A stretch of 64,000 nt of DNA from the NCBI GenBank assembly GCA_028534125.1, contig CM052818.1:7564001-7628000 (forward strand), written 5' to 3'. Positions 25,101 to 39,815 of this stretch are shown in pieces (position 1 is the first letter of the stretch; every line of letters begins with the position of its first letter). Source of the DNA: Lama glama. Taxonomy: Eukaryota. The position numbers and the translations under genes were made by a program. The notes beneath the pieces are model-generated. The model made no database searches and was not told the DNA's origin. It was given only the letters and a program-made list of their open reading frames with translations.

Positions 25101-26567
25101 GATTTAATGAACTGCATGTACTGGAAACACTAAAAGCTGATTTTCTTTGATTTTAGACTACAGTTAATGTAGTGGATTTTTCTTTGAATTGTTTCTCACT
25201 ACCATACTTTAAATTTACCAGAGGACCAAAACATACAAATTACAAAACTAGTTAAGTTTTTCATGAGACAGCATGTGAAATATGAGTCTTGAATAAAGTA
25301 TTGGCTGCTCCTAATTAGAAACCACAGTCCTATAGACAGACTTCATGTATCTGAAAGCTTTTAAAATTTACTTATTGCTGTAATTTTCCTTTAAAATGGG
25401 ATGATTCAGTCTGTAAATTAGTCCTATCAGCTCACTGAAGGAGTAATGAATTTTGAGGTGAGACTATTAAGCTATACAACACAGAGCAGATCTGTGACTT
25501 CAGTTATGCCAGACCTTTTTTAAAAAATTCATCACTAACACTTAACAAAAAAAATACCACATTTTGCTGAAGCTCCTTGATTGTATCTGTTAGAAATGGC
25601 TTGCCACTTTATTTGCATATAGTTCAGCTCTTAAACACCAGTCTTTTAAGGCCTTAGCCAGAATTTGCCTCCTAAAGTTGTCTTTAAAATGGCTTCCAAA
25701 AAGGATTTGCTAGGTTTCAAAACTAAGTAGGCTGCTAATGATTCAGTATGCCCCCTCATTCTCCTCCTACGTCTTAAATTGAAAGCTCCTTCATAGCATC
25801 TAGGTACCCTGAGTCATCATGGCTAAACTCTAAAGAAGAATTGTCACATGGAAAAACTCACCATGAAGTAAAATTGTCAGAAAACAAGCTGAGTCAGAGA
25901 TCATTCATTGATTACAATGATACAACTTAGAGGTTGTGGACTTCATTTAAATCTTTGAATGTACTTATATGTAAGTGTTTATTATATGACTTGTACATTC
26001 TCAGGACTTGTTTATTCCCAGTTACATGTTAATTGGGTTTTTTTATTATCCATTACCTGAAAAGGATTCTTTAGTTGTTATCATTGAATAAATGTACCAG
26101 AAAGAAGCAGGATGATGCAAGATAAAAACCACTATACTAGAAGTCAAGAGATATAGAGTTTTGGTCCGTTTATTTAGGATGTACCTCATATATTTCACTT
26201 AACCTCACTGAGCCTTAGTTTCCTTTTCTTTACGAGGAAGTTCAGCAACTTTATGAGAGTTCTCTTTGAAATCAAAACTCATGGCGGATATAGCTAATGA
26301 CTGACCCTAAACCAGCTTTAGACTTCTTTTTGGGATGGCACTGTCAGCAGCTATATGGTTGGCAGTCTAGATGAAATCCACCTGTCATCTCAACCTTGTA
26401 AGGTCTCTTCCCGCTCTATGACTCCATGACTTAAACGATTTGTCTGTGAGAAGTCTCTTCTTTTTGAGTCTTTACTGTCTTTTTATGCAAGTGTTCAGGG
26501 TTGAAACTTACTTTGCAAATCTGAGAATTCTTTTTGGTCAGGGATAGCATGTTAATGTTTCACATAG

Positions 26568-26921
26568 TACTATAGACTAAATGTTTGTGTTCCCCCAAAA
26601 TTCATACGTTAAAACTTCATCTCCAACATGATGGTATTTGGAGGTAGGGCCTTTGGGAAGCAATTAGGTCACCAGGGCCCTCATGAATGAGATCAGTGAC
26701 CTTATGAATGACCCCAGAGAGATCCGTTGCCTCATCTGTCATGTGAAGACACAACAAAAAGATGACAATCTGTGAATCAAGAAGTGGGCCCTCACCTGAC
26801 ACCAGATCTGCCATTGCCTTGATCTTGGACTTCCCGGTCTCCAAAACTGTGAGAAATAAATCTGTTGATAAGCCATCTGGTCTATGATATTCTGTTACAG
26901 CAGCCCAAATGGTCTAAGATA
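26568..26921 (+). mobile_element. MLT1A-like MaLR solo LTR
   Basis: aatgtttgtgttcccccaaaattcatacgtt...gccttgatcttggacttcc...ctgtgagaaataaat...gttacagcagcccaaatggtctaaga. Confidence 0.88.
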
Positions 26922-27207
26922 TGTTGTGATGTTAAGAACAAACGATTGGAGAAAATTTGTGGGGATACTTAAAATTCCAAGTCGAGTGGCAACAAGTCAG
27001 AATGATCAGTAATAATTTGAGCAACTCATTTCAACTCTTAAATGTTTCTGTGGCAGAAACCTCAGGTTAGTGAAGTTCTAAGTGATGTTGTGTCTGTTTG
27101 GAGGGCACACAACGAATACTAAACTGAGGGACAAGAGGCCTGAGTTCTAGCTCTGCAAACTGTTTTTTGACATGGTTAGTGTTTTTGTCTCTGTAATGGT
27201 ATCAGAC

Positions 27208-27362
27208 CTAGTGCTTCTCAGACATTAATATATTATGTAGATTATCTGGGTCATGTTAAGATGCATATTCTGATTCAGTAAGTCTGGAGGGGCCTTGAGT
27301 TTCTGCCTTTTTAACAAGGTCCCAGATGTACTACTGTTATATGCAGTGGACCACATTTTGTT
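27208..27362. mobile_element. MER5-like hAT-Charlie MITE
   Basis: agtgcttctcagac...attctgattcagtaagtctgg...ttttaacaaggtcccagatg...ggaccacattttg. Confidence 0.7.
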
Positions 27363-28665
27363 TTATAAAAACACAATGATAATATGAGGTTCCTTCTGGC
27401 CAGGTCTTTAAATCTTAACTCCACGTCTTTCTCCCCAACTGTTTTACATCAAGTTTCATTAAACTTATTCATTTTGAAGACCCTTGTTCCTAGACTCATT
27501 CCCTGTTTTCTCAGTCTGACAGCTTCTTTAGTTTCGCTGTTTTTCCCTTTCAGAACCAACTTGATAGGTGATTATTCAAGTTAGAGAAAGGTAGTGTAAT
27601 AAAAAGAGGCTTTGATTTGAAAAAAAAAAAAACCATTCAAATCCCTCCCCCGTGGAATAGCAGCCCTAGCGCCTTGGGAGTTGACTCAGTTTACTTAATC
27701 TCTCAAAGCTTTAAATACATTTTGAAATACTTTGAAAGGAACAGAAGTAATATATAAAACCCTCAGCACAGTGTGGGGCATAAAGTAGGTGCTCAAAAAT
27801 TAGAAGCTATTTTTATTATTCTTATTGGCATCCTGATTTGGTTTTGTAGAGGAGGAAAAAAGAGAGGAAGTAGTATAGTTTTTTTATTCCTCCCCCTGCC
27901 CAGGGCACCCCCACTTACTCCCCGCCTGCCCCATATACTACATTTAAATCTTCAACTGCCTACTCGACATATTAATCCAAATTCTTTGAACTTACCATAG
28001 TCAAAAAGATCTCTTTCTTTTTCTTTCCATATCTGTTCTGCCTCCTCTAATCCTGATGAGAGTTAATGTTTCACTCTCTACATGTCCTAGCCAGGAACCT
28101 GTCAGTTCCACCTCGCTTCTCAAATACTGCTTTTCTCCATCCTAGCTTAAACCATCTTAGGTAAGCTGCTCATCTCCTTTTACCTGACTGCTTTTGTCTG
28201 ATCTTGCTGGTGCTAGTCTCCTCATGTTCCTCACATCCTCCTCCTCCTCCTCACACATCCTCCATACTGCTCAAAGTTATTTTCCTAAAAATTCTTTCCC
28301 TAAAACAACTATTTCTTGAATGCCTACTAGGTAGAAGGCACTGTGCAGGCATTGAATATATGGTGAGAGAACAGAATGAGACAGTTCCTTCCTAATGAAA
28401 ATCACAGACTATAGAGGAAGATAGATACTAAAAACAAGTAAATACAGGTAAATACAAAAACAAGGTGCTCTGAGAGAAAATAACAGGAGGGGATCCTGTG
28501 TTATATTCAGTGGTTAGAAAAAGCTTTCTAAGGAATTAACACTTAAGCTGCTATCTCAAGTGTGAGAAGGTGCCAGCTAGGCAAAGAGCAGGATAGTATT
28601 GTGCCAGCATGAACAAAGACCCTGGTGGGGAGGCGCTAAGTGTCTTTTAGAAGTGAAATGATAGG

Positions 28666-28802
28666 GGGGAAGTTATAGCTAAGGTGTAGCTCAGTGATAG
28701 AGCACGTGCTTAGCATATACAAAGTCCCCGGTACCTCCATTAAAAATAAACACATAAGTAAATCTAACTGCCCCCTACACACACAAAAAAGAAAAAAAAA
28801 AA
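28666..28802 (+). mobile_element. tRNA-derived SINE (Vic-1-like) within an L2 region
   Basis: gtgtagctcagtgatagagcacgtgcttagcat...gtacctccattaaaaataaa plus A tail; 16-bp TSD gaa(g/a)tga(a/g)atgatagg at 28650-28665 and 28803-28818. Confidence 0.85.
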
Positions 28803-30479
28803 GAAATGAGATGATAGGACATGGTGATGGACAGGATACAGAGAATGACAGAGAGGAGTTATTAAGGACTTCCAGGTTTCTAGTATGAGCAGTTACTGGG
28901 CTAATAGTGGTGCCACTTACTAAAACAGACAGATTAGGCAAAGGACAGGCTGGAGGAGAGGTAGAATAATGGCTTATTTTGTTAAATTTGAGAATCTGAA
29001 AAAAATAGAGTTGTCAGTCCCCTCCCTCTGGTTCCCCATTCCCTACAAGATGTATTCCAAGTTCTATCTTGTCTTATAAGATTCTTAAATAATTGACCCT
29101 AACCTCCCACTCTAGCTTCTCCCTCAGCTTCTCTTCATTACTGTGCTTAAGCCAGAATGAAATTCATTTTGAACCTTTGCATATGTTATTCCCTTTTCCT
29201 GGAATAAACATCTCTAGCTGAGTCGTTTCCATCCTTCAAAGCACATCTTGAATATTATTCTTCTATAGAATGTTCTCCAGCTTCTCTGTTTAGGTTAATG
29301 TCTCAGCCTTTTTACTGACATTTGGTTAACACCTCTGTTATTTCACATCACATTGTATTAGAATTTCTCTTTTAACATATCTGGATATACTTCACTCAAC
29401 CATAAGCTGTGTGGGTACAGAGATCTAAAAGCTTATTGTTTTTGTGTTCTCAGGGTCTAACATACAATGTATGTAGTTTCTCAGAAAATGAATGAGTGGG
29501 TGTTGTTCTTACATAAACAGTCTGCCCCTATTCCCTGAACTGAGACAAGTGTTCTTTGCTTCCATAGTGCCTAGACACTGCTTTTACCATATTACATTGA
29601 CACTGAATTGTTTTATGTAAGTTTCTTAAGAACAAGATTTTCCTTGTCTCCTTAGAACCTAATATGGCGCTTAGCTTGCAATCAGGAAAGTTCCATTAGA
29701 CCAGTCTCGTTGTGGAATAGCTAACCAGTATAGCTCATAGCAGATGGGTATTATGGAGGCTGGAGGGGAGAAGAAGGAAGATCAGTGTAATTATCAACAT
29801 ATCTCAACTGCTAGCTTGCTATTCTTGATAAAAAGATATACACATATGTTCAAAATAAAATAAAATCGTATTGTTCCTTTGAAACAGCTGTGATCACTTA
29901 CCTCCAATATAGTTAAATTCAGTGACACTTTTTCATTATTCATCTTACCTGACTTCTCAGCAGCATTTGACATTGTTGACTACTTCCTACTTTTTGAAAC
30001 ATTTTTCTTCACTTTCGGGACACAGTTTACTGCACACGAGCATCTTGATGCTGTTGCTTTTTTTATCTCTTTCAGAAACTGCTACTGTTCTTTCAGACTC
30101 CTAAGGTTTTTAATTCCTCAAGGCTGTCTTAGGTTTCCTTCTCTTACTCCATACTCTTTTCATCTGTGTGTTGAAGATTTCCAAGTTTATATTTCCAACC
30201 CAAGCTCCAGACTCGTATATATAATTGTTTCTAACTCTTCCCAAGCATGTCTCAAAGGTAACTCAAATTTGAGTAACTGATGCTCAGGGTCTAATGGGAG
30301 CCTCACTTGACCACAGAAGTTTTTGAAGATGATTTATTATCCTTCATAAAAATCAATTTCCGGCACTGCACCCCCCCCCAATTCTCTTCAGGAGGAAATA
30401 ATTTGTATATTAAAGTAATCATTTAAAAATAATTAACAATATAAATCTTCAAGTAAATAGAAACTGACTGTGAGAAGAA

Positions 30480-30955
30480 CTGTAATGATAATCCTTTACT
30501 GAGTTACTACATTGTACCAGGCATTTTGTTTCATTCTCATAAGAACTCTTTGAGGTAGGTAATATTGTGTTGTTGAATGTTTACATTATAGACTCTTAAC
30601 TAAGTCTTCTCAGGTTCCCATGCCAGCTGCCAGCCCTACCACCACTGATTAGCTATATGAGCTTGGGTAATTTACTGATCTAGCCCTCAGTTTCCTCATC
30701 TATAAAACAGATGATATTATTATTTATTTCCTAAGAACGTTAACATCTATGAAGGAGTTAAAAAATTTGAAAAATGCCTGGCACTTATGATAAGCACTGC
30801 ATGCATGCTAAGATTATTACTTATTATTATCTTAGGTTTACAGAGGAGGAAACTGAGCCTCAGTAAAGTTGGTCCAAGTCTCACACCTATTAAATGACAG
30901 TGCCAGGAGTCAACATAGGCAGTCAGAATCCAGAACTGCTTTAACCACTGTTTTA
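30480..30955. mobile_element. Nested MIR elements (a + MIR at ~30590-30830 inside a - MIR)
   Basis: cctcagtttcctcatctataaaacag in the inner copy; ttacagaggaggaaactgagcctcag in the outer copy. Confidence 0.7.
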
Positions 30956-31924
30956 CTTCATCTCAACTACTAAGAATTTATTGTATCCTTTTTCACACAG
31001 ACTACAAATTAATGATCTCATTGTGATCCTAAGAGTGTCATAATTCATTCCAGCACTCACACTTGGTGTTTAGAATGTAGAAGATCTAAAATATGCAGGT
31101 AAAATTTCACTTCAGTAGGATCCGAGAAGCACAAAGATACACATCTTAATTCCATTTTGCTTCATGTGTATTATTTGTTTCTCTACCCTTGTTGTTAGGA
31201 TTTAAGTCACCAAAATCCCTAGAAAGTGGAAGTACTAATTTTATATTACTCTTAAGTGACTTTAGTTGTTGTCATTTACTTTGTTAAATCCTCTTTGGCT
31301 AAAATTTTCAAAATGACTTGAGGGCGGAATAGTATGTTGTATTCCTAAAATCAATAATTTTTTATTTTGATTAATTATTACCTCTTTTGAAATTATGTAG
31401 GGATTTGTCTGTTTTCAAAAATCTTAACATCTCAAATTCCCAAGGAGTTTTTCTTTGAATTTTAATTCTATCAGCTGTTTTTTGAATAAGAACTTTGATT
31501 TTAGTATTTTGATGTCTTTGTATTAGATTCTAGATGTAGTTAAATCTACTTGTTTTTATAAGCTTTAGTCTCTGACTCTCATTTAGGCCTTTAGTGAAAA
31601 AGCACATCTGGTTTACAATTTCTGTAGATTTATTTACAGTTTCTATAGATGATTTGCTTCCCCCATCCCCCAGTTACTTCTTTTTTCCGTTGTTGGTTTT
31701 TTATTCTTACTCAAATTTTTTTCTTTGTAAAGACAGTTTGAAGGTGTAAAGACAGGCAGAAGGTATAAAGTCTTTCGAAGCCTTTGAACTTAGTGGGGGG
31801 TGGGTGCTTGCAAAGAAGAGTAGGCTTGAATCATCTATGAAGGAAGAGTGTTTTTACCTTGTTTTTGGAACTGAATTCTGTGACCTAGTGTATTTACTAT
31901 TGGTGAAACACTTAAAGTAGTTGT

Positions 31925-32480
31925 TGTATCAGTTAAGAATCTTTCTATTGTGACAGAAAACTTAACTCAAACCAGTGTAAATGGGGTGGTGGGGGCGGGG
32001 GTAGGGATTTATAATGGTTTATGTAAACTGGTCCAGGATAGGTGTGGTTTCAAGAATGGCTCCACCCAAGGCTCAAATAATGTGATCAAGACTCAATTTC
32101 TATATGTTTCTTAGCCCTTCTTCCTCAGTGTTAGCTTTATTCTCCAGCCCTACATGAGCAAAAGATAACTTCAGTCCCTTCAGCCCCTAAAATCCTCATG
32201 TGTATCCAGAAAGATTAACCATCTTTTTCCTAGAAGTGTAGCAGAAGTCTCACTGCATCTCTTTGGCTCATACTGGCCCACTTTCCTTGTGGCCAAGGGA
32301 ATGTGAAGCTCAGATTGTCTGGGACAGAGCCATATACCCAGCCATCGAGTTTGAGGGTGTAGTCAGCTCCACCAGATACACATAAACTGTATGTATTTCC
32401 AAAAAGGAAATGAAGATATCATTATACCACCAGAAGGGTGAATGTTTGCTAGGCAGTAGAAAATAGATGTACTTAACACT
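31925..32480 (-). mobile_element. MLT1K/L-like LTR
   Basis: tgtatcagttaagaat...gacagaaaacttaactcaaacc...ggctcaaataatgtgatcaag. Confidence 0.55.
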
Positions 32481-35400
32481 TGATGGTACCTTTTCCATTT
32501 TAAGAGTTAGCACTCAACTAGGGAAGACCAGCTTGATTATTTTTTTAACTTAGTATTTAGTGCTAATTTGGAATTTGTATGATTTCACTTCCAAATTACT
32601 GTTTTAAAGCAATATATAGATAGGAATTTCTAGGACTTTTCACCTCTGAAGAACTTTGAGAATGTATCAAAATTTTAAATTTGGTGCTGCTTTAACAAAT
32701 ACCATACTATTAATTTTCCTATTAGCTGTAGTAATCTGATTTGTTGATAGCTGATTCTTGTGATATAGGGCTGTGTCTTTTACTGGTTTACATGTTTTCT
32801 AGGTTAACACTTCTTTAATGTCTTAAACAGACAGGGCTCTTGGACCAAAAAATTCATGAAGAACCATAAAATTAAAGGTTCTCTCCTGGACACTCAGGGC
32901 CTTGGGGAGAGGAGGATCAAGGAGTGATGAGGGACACTAATGAAGGCTTTACATACTGATTTCTATGACTTATTTCAGTCAGAAAATGAAAACTTGATTC
33001 TTACTGAAAAAGAAAATAAGATACCAGTTGTAGGGTTACTCTTGCTTTTTTAACACCAGAAATAAAAGATGAAGTGGAAAATGGTATTTACATTTCAGTC
33101 CTAATATAATCATTTAGATACCTCCTTCTAGTTCTTATGTCACATAAATATATATACAAATGAGTACACCTATCCCCTTAAGGCTTTAACATTCTATAGT
33201 TTCTAGGAAGTTTCAGTTTTTTTCTTTTATGTTTCTTGAAACCATAGAAATAGTTATGATTTATACATCAAATTAAAATGAAGATGCTATGAGATCTAAT
33301 GTAAATGTATATTTATCATCATCTTTTTCTTTATTGTTAAGTGCTGCAAAATGAACAGAGCAGTTTTTCTCTTGGAGGAGTGTTCAGCTTTCATAGTAGA
33401 CAGCACAAGGTCATACATAACTATAATGCAAAGCTGGATATAAGGATCAGAGTTTGAGGGCTAAGGAAAGACTTCCTGATTGGAAAAGGAATATCAAACG
33501 AGTCTTGAAAGGTTAACAGAATTTTTTACAGGTACATAATGATAACATTAAAATAATTGTTGTTTACTGAGCACTTAATTTATATTTAGTTTAATTTTTG
33601 TCAAAAATGTGTGATACATGTGACACAGAGAGGGACAGCCATGTCATTTTGTACTTGGGGAGAAGTTGGAAAGAATTTGAACTACAGTGGTTCCAAAAGA
33701 CACATGGTTTAAAACTTAAAAATTGAAAGTAATGGAGTTTATTGGGACACATCAAATGGGCTGCTTTCTATTTCAGCCACTACAGTAATTTTTCCTGATA
33801 TAAGTAAGAGTTGAGAATCATTTCTAACAAAAATTACATTGTTTCTTTGTAGGTAGTCAGTGATTTGAATAAAAACTTAATAGTGAATACCTTGCCTTAG
33901 GAGGTGCTAAATTCATCTTCTAACACTAGAGTCATTATTAAGGAAATTCCTGTAACTGTATATGGATCAGCAGTCTTAGAAATTGTAGACTGTATTCTCC
34001 ATCTTCTAGAATTAACAATGTATTAATTTGCTTGGTTTTTATATGGGTATCAGTGCATTTTACAGATAGAGGATGACTCATTTAAAGTGGTTTTTTCCAC
34101 AATACAATGTGACATTAAATGAGTGGTCTTGGGAAATTTATAAATAGCCTAAATATTTATTGAAGAACATTTTCATAAAAACAAAAAAGGTAATACTATA
34201 TTTCATGAGTTATTAAGAATTTAAATCTTTTTTTAAGTATTAAAAAGAGCAATTATACAAAGCCTATTTGAATGTCATTCTAATTGCAGTTTATTGAGTT
34301 ATATGAAAAAGAGCCCAAATTAGTTTAAACAAATAAGATCTGAATTTGTGGTATTCTGAGCCTAGTATTTTTTCATTGAATACCAAGGGTATATTAAAAG
34401 TGCCTGCATTTATGTTTCTCTACAAAAGATTGTTCTGACAGTATTTTTAAGTCATTTTCACAATTTATTGCTGTCTAAAAATTTCCCTTGACTTCACATT
34501 TTGTTCTGAATGTCTTGGTTTCTTTCCTCCACCTACACAATATTGAAGGCAAGTGAAGCAAGAGTTGCAAAGTAACAGTGAATTTAAGAACCCTGGCTTT
34601 TTTTCTTCAAATCAAAATAAACATTTATTATAAGATTGCTTTTTATTGATACCAAAAAAAAAAGGCTTTTTGGCAGACGTTCAATAAATGTGTGAATAAC
34701 CTAATTGATTTAGTGGAATGAATAGGAAGCTTTGCTGTTTGTCCTTGTGGATACTTGGCTCAGTAAACACAGTGATAGACCAAATGTTATATGGTCAAAG
34801 GTAAAAAAAAAACCAAAAAACCCTACAAACTTATAGATCCAAATAGAATTTTATATCTATGTCAGGGCCTTCAAAGAGAAAGAGCAATATATTAATTAGA
34901 ATCTTGTTCATTTCTGTCATAAAAAAATCGTGGTAACTTACAGAAAACTCAATGCTTTGACAAATGTTAATATGTGAAAACATTAATAGAAGAGATCCTT
35001 CCTAAGAATTGTAAGCTGTATGAAATCCAAACAAGTGTGTGGAAATTGAAATATACTATCATATACTGTACAATAAAACTCCAGTAAAGGCAGGAAGCAT
35101 AATTAGGACAAATGATTAAAGATAACAATGGAATCAAATTAAGAATTTTTTAAAAAGCTCATTATAGATGTCATATTAGTTCAATCTGTAGCTCTGGATA
35201 AAAAATATAAAATTTTAGGAAATTTTTAAGGTCCTGTAAAAAAATATTCTTCAGTGGGAGTGGGAAAAAGAAAGAAATGTTGGTGGCAATTAAAACATAC
35301 ACAGTACTTTTTAAAAGGAACATTTACAAATCTGACCATTTAGTTTTAAAAGCATAGAATTGTATCATATATAACAGTATTTGTTTATAAGACCATTATA

Positions 35401-38239
35401 TGATTAAAAAGAGAAAGTCTCAGAAAAATTCTAGTAGCAAAAAGTGTTTTTTCTGATATTAATGGCTCGTTTAAGATAGGAATATTTTTCATTTAATCTT
35501 TATAACTCCTAGCACAGTACCTCTCCCATAGTAGGCAATTCCTAAATGTTTACTGAACTAACCTCAATTTTAGAAATTTCAGGATAAGACAGTATAATTT
35601 TTCTGTGTTTTAAAACTAACCACCCCCCAACGCACATACACCTTTATATCTCAATTTTGATATACATAGGTTTTCAGTTTTGAAAATGAGGAAAACTGAT
35701 AGTTTTCATTTACCCAGTTTTAGCTTGAGCTGAAGTTACTTAAAAAGGAACTTGATTTAATAGCATTTCTTCTTTTCAGGTATCTGCAGTCTAGACTATA
35801 CAGTCTAAATGATATGAATGGGAAGAATCTGTTTTTATCTGAGATAACTGATTGGGAAAAAGGCAATAAATTAAGGTGGAGAACTGGTTTCAAGAAAGGA
35901 TCTCTTCTTGTCTAGTGATCAGTCCTAACAGATGTAGTTAGAGGGAAGCTAAATTTTGACTTTCAAATGTAAACTGAGGCAACAGCCTAGATTTTCCAGA
36001 TTAGTTCCAGTTTCAGGAACAGAAATCCTTGCACAACAAGGAAAAGAGCTATTAGCAAAATTGCAGCATTGCCATCAAAGTCTGATTAGAAATAGAGTTC
36101 AAGAAAAGCAGTTTAAACAGCATTAAATGAGAAAAAAAAAAAAACCCAGCATATAGTTTTAACACAACAAAGTTCGGAAGGCATCCACTTCCAATTAATT
36201 CATCAATGTTAAAAGCCTGACTCACTTAACATTGTTTAGGAAACGTTGCTGTGATGTCATAATCTACTGAAGAATAGTCTTCCAACAGGTTTATACAGAA
36301 TCATAGTCTTTGAAAAGTTTTCAAATCAACTCTTAATGGCTTGGAATTTGATGGATTTTGTGCTTTTTTTTCTCCCTTGTTTTATTGTTGTTTAATAAAT
36401 ATCAGTGAAAGGATTGTGAAATATCCTGGGCTTTTGCAAATTAATATGATTTAAGAGAACGTTTGTTCTGGTCTTGGTAGTCTATCCATGGTTGAAAAAT
36501 TACAGTGTAAAGAGATTTTTTCTATTGTCAAGATGCAAAGAGGAATCAGTCATTGTTGTCATACTTTTTCTTTAAGCTGAACTGGATTTTTTAAGTGAAG
36601 TTTTATATTTTATTATTAAAATATTAAAAATCAGAATTAATGAGTGATCGCTTTAGTTTTCTTTCAGTCTACCCCACCCAGCTCATCCCTAGAGGTCATC
36701 CTTAGTCAAGTTTATCTTGGTTCTCAGTACCTAAAAATATGAAAACTCTATCGAATATCAAACAATCGTTTTGATCAATTTTGGCCTGGCTAGTTTTAAA
36801 TAGTTTAATAAGCATTCTTCAGCTTTTTACAGCTTCTTATTTACATACTTGCCTTCCAAAAACATGCATGCAGCTGATCATACTTGAGGAGAGAGCCACA
36901 TTACTGGTCTGTTCTTGATCCATCAACCTGAGAAAAAGGAAAGGTACAAACCCATCTCTGTGTGGTGACCCTGAGGATCTCCTGCCTTCCTTAGGGAAAG
37001 AGCCTTTCCTCTGGGAGAAGTTGAACAATAGCATACACAAATGCCAAGGGATCCCACACTAGCCTTCTGTATTCCTCAATATAGATTTTCATAAATAAAC
37101 AGTAAAAAAAAAAAATCACCAAAACATTGTGAGGAGAATCAGTAACTAGAAAAAGTAACCATGCTGCCTGTGTCTTTTGTGGGCTTTCTGTGGCTTACAT
37201 CAACCATTTCATCTTAATGCATTGGCTAACCTAACCCTAACCTAACCCTCTCTATCTTCAGATTAACTTCTTTTATATCAATTTAATCTGTTTGGAAAGA
37301 TGACTCTTTCTTTGAGATGACTTCCCAAGAATACCCAAAGTGAATTTGATGTGTTTACTACAGCCTATACTTTGGGTTAGACTATCCCAATATTTGTCAA
37401 AAACTCATTTTACTGTAATGTTATTCAGTATTAAACATTTATTTGGTACTTTCTGATAGGCACCAAGCTTACAGAAGGTTACATGGTCTTTGATTTCCAC
37501 AGACTTAGCTGCTCATTGGTCTCCTAATCAAACCCTTCGCTCCTGGGAACCTACCCTTTTCTGAGCACACAATATACATTTTTTCCCCTTGCCTTTTTTA
37601 TCTTGATGCATGTTGTTTCTTTCACCTGAAATGCCTTCTCCCCACATACCAAAATCTATCTGTCTCCTGAGACCCAACTCAGATACTCCTCCTTCTGTAC
37701 AGTTTTTCCTCAATCCTCTTCACCCAAATTGTAATGCTTTTCTTTGAAGTCTTACATTACCTGTGGTCTTTTGCTTTAATATAGTACCAATCCTATACTA
37801 ATTTGGGTTGGGCTGATTGATTTATACTTTTTTTTTTCACGATTATAAGTAAATGAGTGGTAGTGTAGGGAATCATACCTTTGCATTAGTTTGAGTACTC
37901 CCGTTGCTTCTGGCATTATAGTGAATGCTCAGTGTTTGTTGGATTAGTAATTGCATTATTAGTGAGTCTAGATGCACAAAATTGAAAGCAAGGAGACCAC
38001 AGGCCTTAGTTTGAAAACTGCTCAATCATCTAAGTTAATTAAAGTGTAAGGAAGCCTGCAATTGTTGCTGTTAGTAGAAGAAATCATTCATAAGCATTTA
38101 ATGGAAAGTACTAGCTTAGAATATTGAGAGAAGGTGTGGAGAGGTATCATCATCTGGTAACCTAGAAATACTAGTTTTCTAACTATTTTCAGCTGTTTAG
38201 CCAAATAAGATCATAAGCGAATATTTCTAGCTAATGCTT

Positions 38240-38528
38240 CCTTTTATAATAAACTCATAAGTGTAAGTTAAGTGTTTTCCTGAGTTGTGTGAGCCTTACT
38301 AGTAAATTATGGAACATAAGGAGGTGGGCTTGGGAGCCCCGAATTTATAGCAGAATTAAGGGTAGTCTGAGACTTGCAACTGAAGTGGGGGGTTTTGTGG
38401 GCCTGAGCCTTTTAACTTGTGGAATCTGAGCTACCTCGAGGTAGATAGTATCAGAATTGCATTGAATTGTTGAATACCCAGTTGGTGTCAGAGAATTGGT
38501 AAATTGGTTGGTGTTAGAGGAAACACCT
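38240..38528 (+). mobile_element. MER21-like LTR fragment
   Basis: ctttataataaac...aagtgttttcctgagttgtgtgagcc...gtagatagtatcagaattgcattgaattg...cccagttggtgtc. Confidence 0.7.
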
Positions 38529-38894
38529 CTCATTCACATTAATTCTCATTCATTGAAGGTAATGTAAGATGTCTGCAAAAACATAAACCAAAAAATCCAT
38601 GTCTGTAATTAAAGGTAGATTGAAACAGAATATGAGATTAGAAATTGCAAGCCTAATTGTGAATTTTGTGATTTCTGGTACAAAAAGCAGTTGGTTTGGG
38701 AAAGTCTTCAGCTCCATTTGTGAAAACTTAACGTATCTTGTAGAATGTGTCACTGATTCTTTCCCTCAGTTTCTATGGTTCAAGAAGTAGCAAGTTCAAG
38801 GTCAGTGTTTGAATTCCAGGTGCATGCTAGCATCCAGTGATCTTGAGTCTATGGCATTTTTTAAAAAAATGTGGTAATGCTTTGTTTGTTACTG

Positions 38895-39815
38895 TAAGTT
38901 TTATTAAGATTGTAAGATTTATATACCATACAGTTTAACCAACATAAGGGGTGTACTTCAGTGGTTTTTAGTTATAGTCACAGAGTTCTCCAGTCGTCAT
39001 CACAATCAATTTTTAGAACATTTTCGTCACCTGAAAAGAAAGTCCATAGGATTTAGTCATCACTCCCCAAGCCCCATTCCCCACTCTCGACCCTAGCCCT
39101 AAGCAACTACTAATCATACTTTCTGTCTCTGGATTTGCCTACTCTGGACATTTCATGTTAATGGGATTATATAATATGTGATCCTTTGTGGTTGGCTTCT
39201 TTCACTTAGCGTGTTTTCAAAGTTCATCCATGTTGTAGCATATATCAGTACTTTATTCCTTTTTATTCCCAGATAGTAATCAATTTTATGGATGTGCCAC
39301 ATTTTATTTATATTCATCAGTTGATGGACGTTAGGGTTGTTTCTACTTTTTGGCTTTTATGAATATTGCTGCTGTGAATATTGGTGGATGAGTCTTTATT
39401 TGGACATATGTTTTCATTTTTCTTGGCTATATACCTAGGAGTGGAATTCCTGGATCATATGATAACTTTATGTTTAATCTTTTAAAGAACTGCCAGACTG
39501 TTTTCAGAGTGCTTTTTGAAAAACCATTTTTACTTTCCTACCAGCAGTGATTGAGGATTTTAACTTCTCCACATTCTTGACAATATTTCTTTTTGATTAT
39601 AGCCATCCTAGTGGGTGTGAAATGGTATCTCATTGACATTTTGATTTACCTTTCCCTAGTGGCTTTTGATGTCAAACGTTTTTTCAGGTAATTATTAGCC
39701 ATTTGTATGTCTTCTTGGAAGGAGTATTTATTCATATTCTTTTACCAAATTTTAATTCGATTATTTATATTTTTATCTTTAATTGTGAGAGTTCTTTATG
39801 TACCTGTATCCAGAT
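38895..39815 (-). mobile_element. L1MB-like 3' end (antisense)
   Basis: gcttctttcacttagc, ttcatccatgttgtagca, atatacctaggagtggaatt, ttatagccatcctagtgggtgtgaaatggtatctcattg. Confidence 0.88.
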
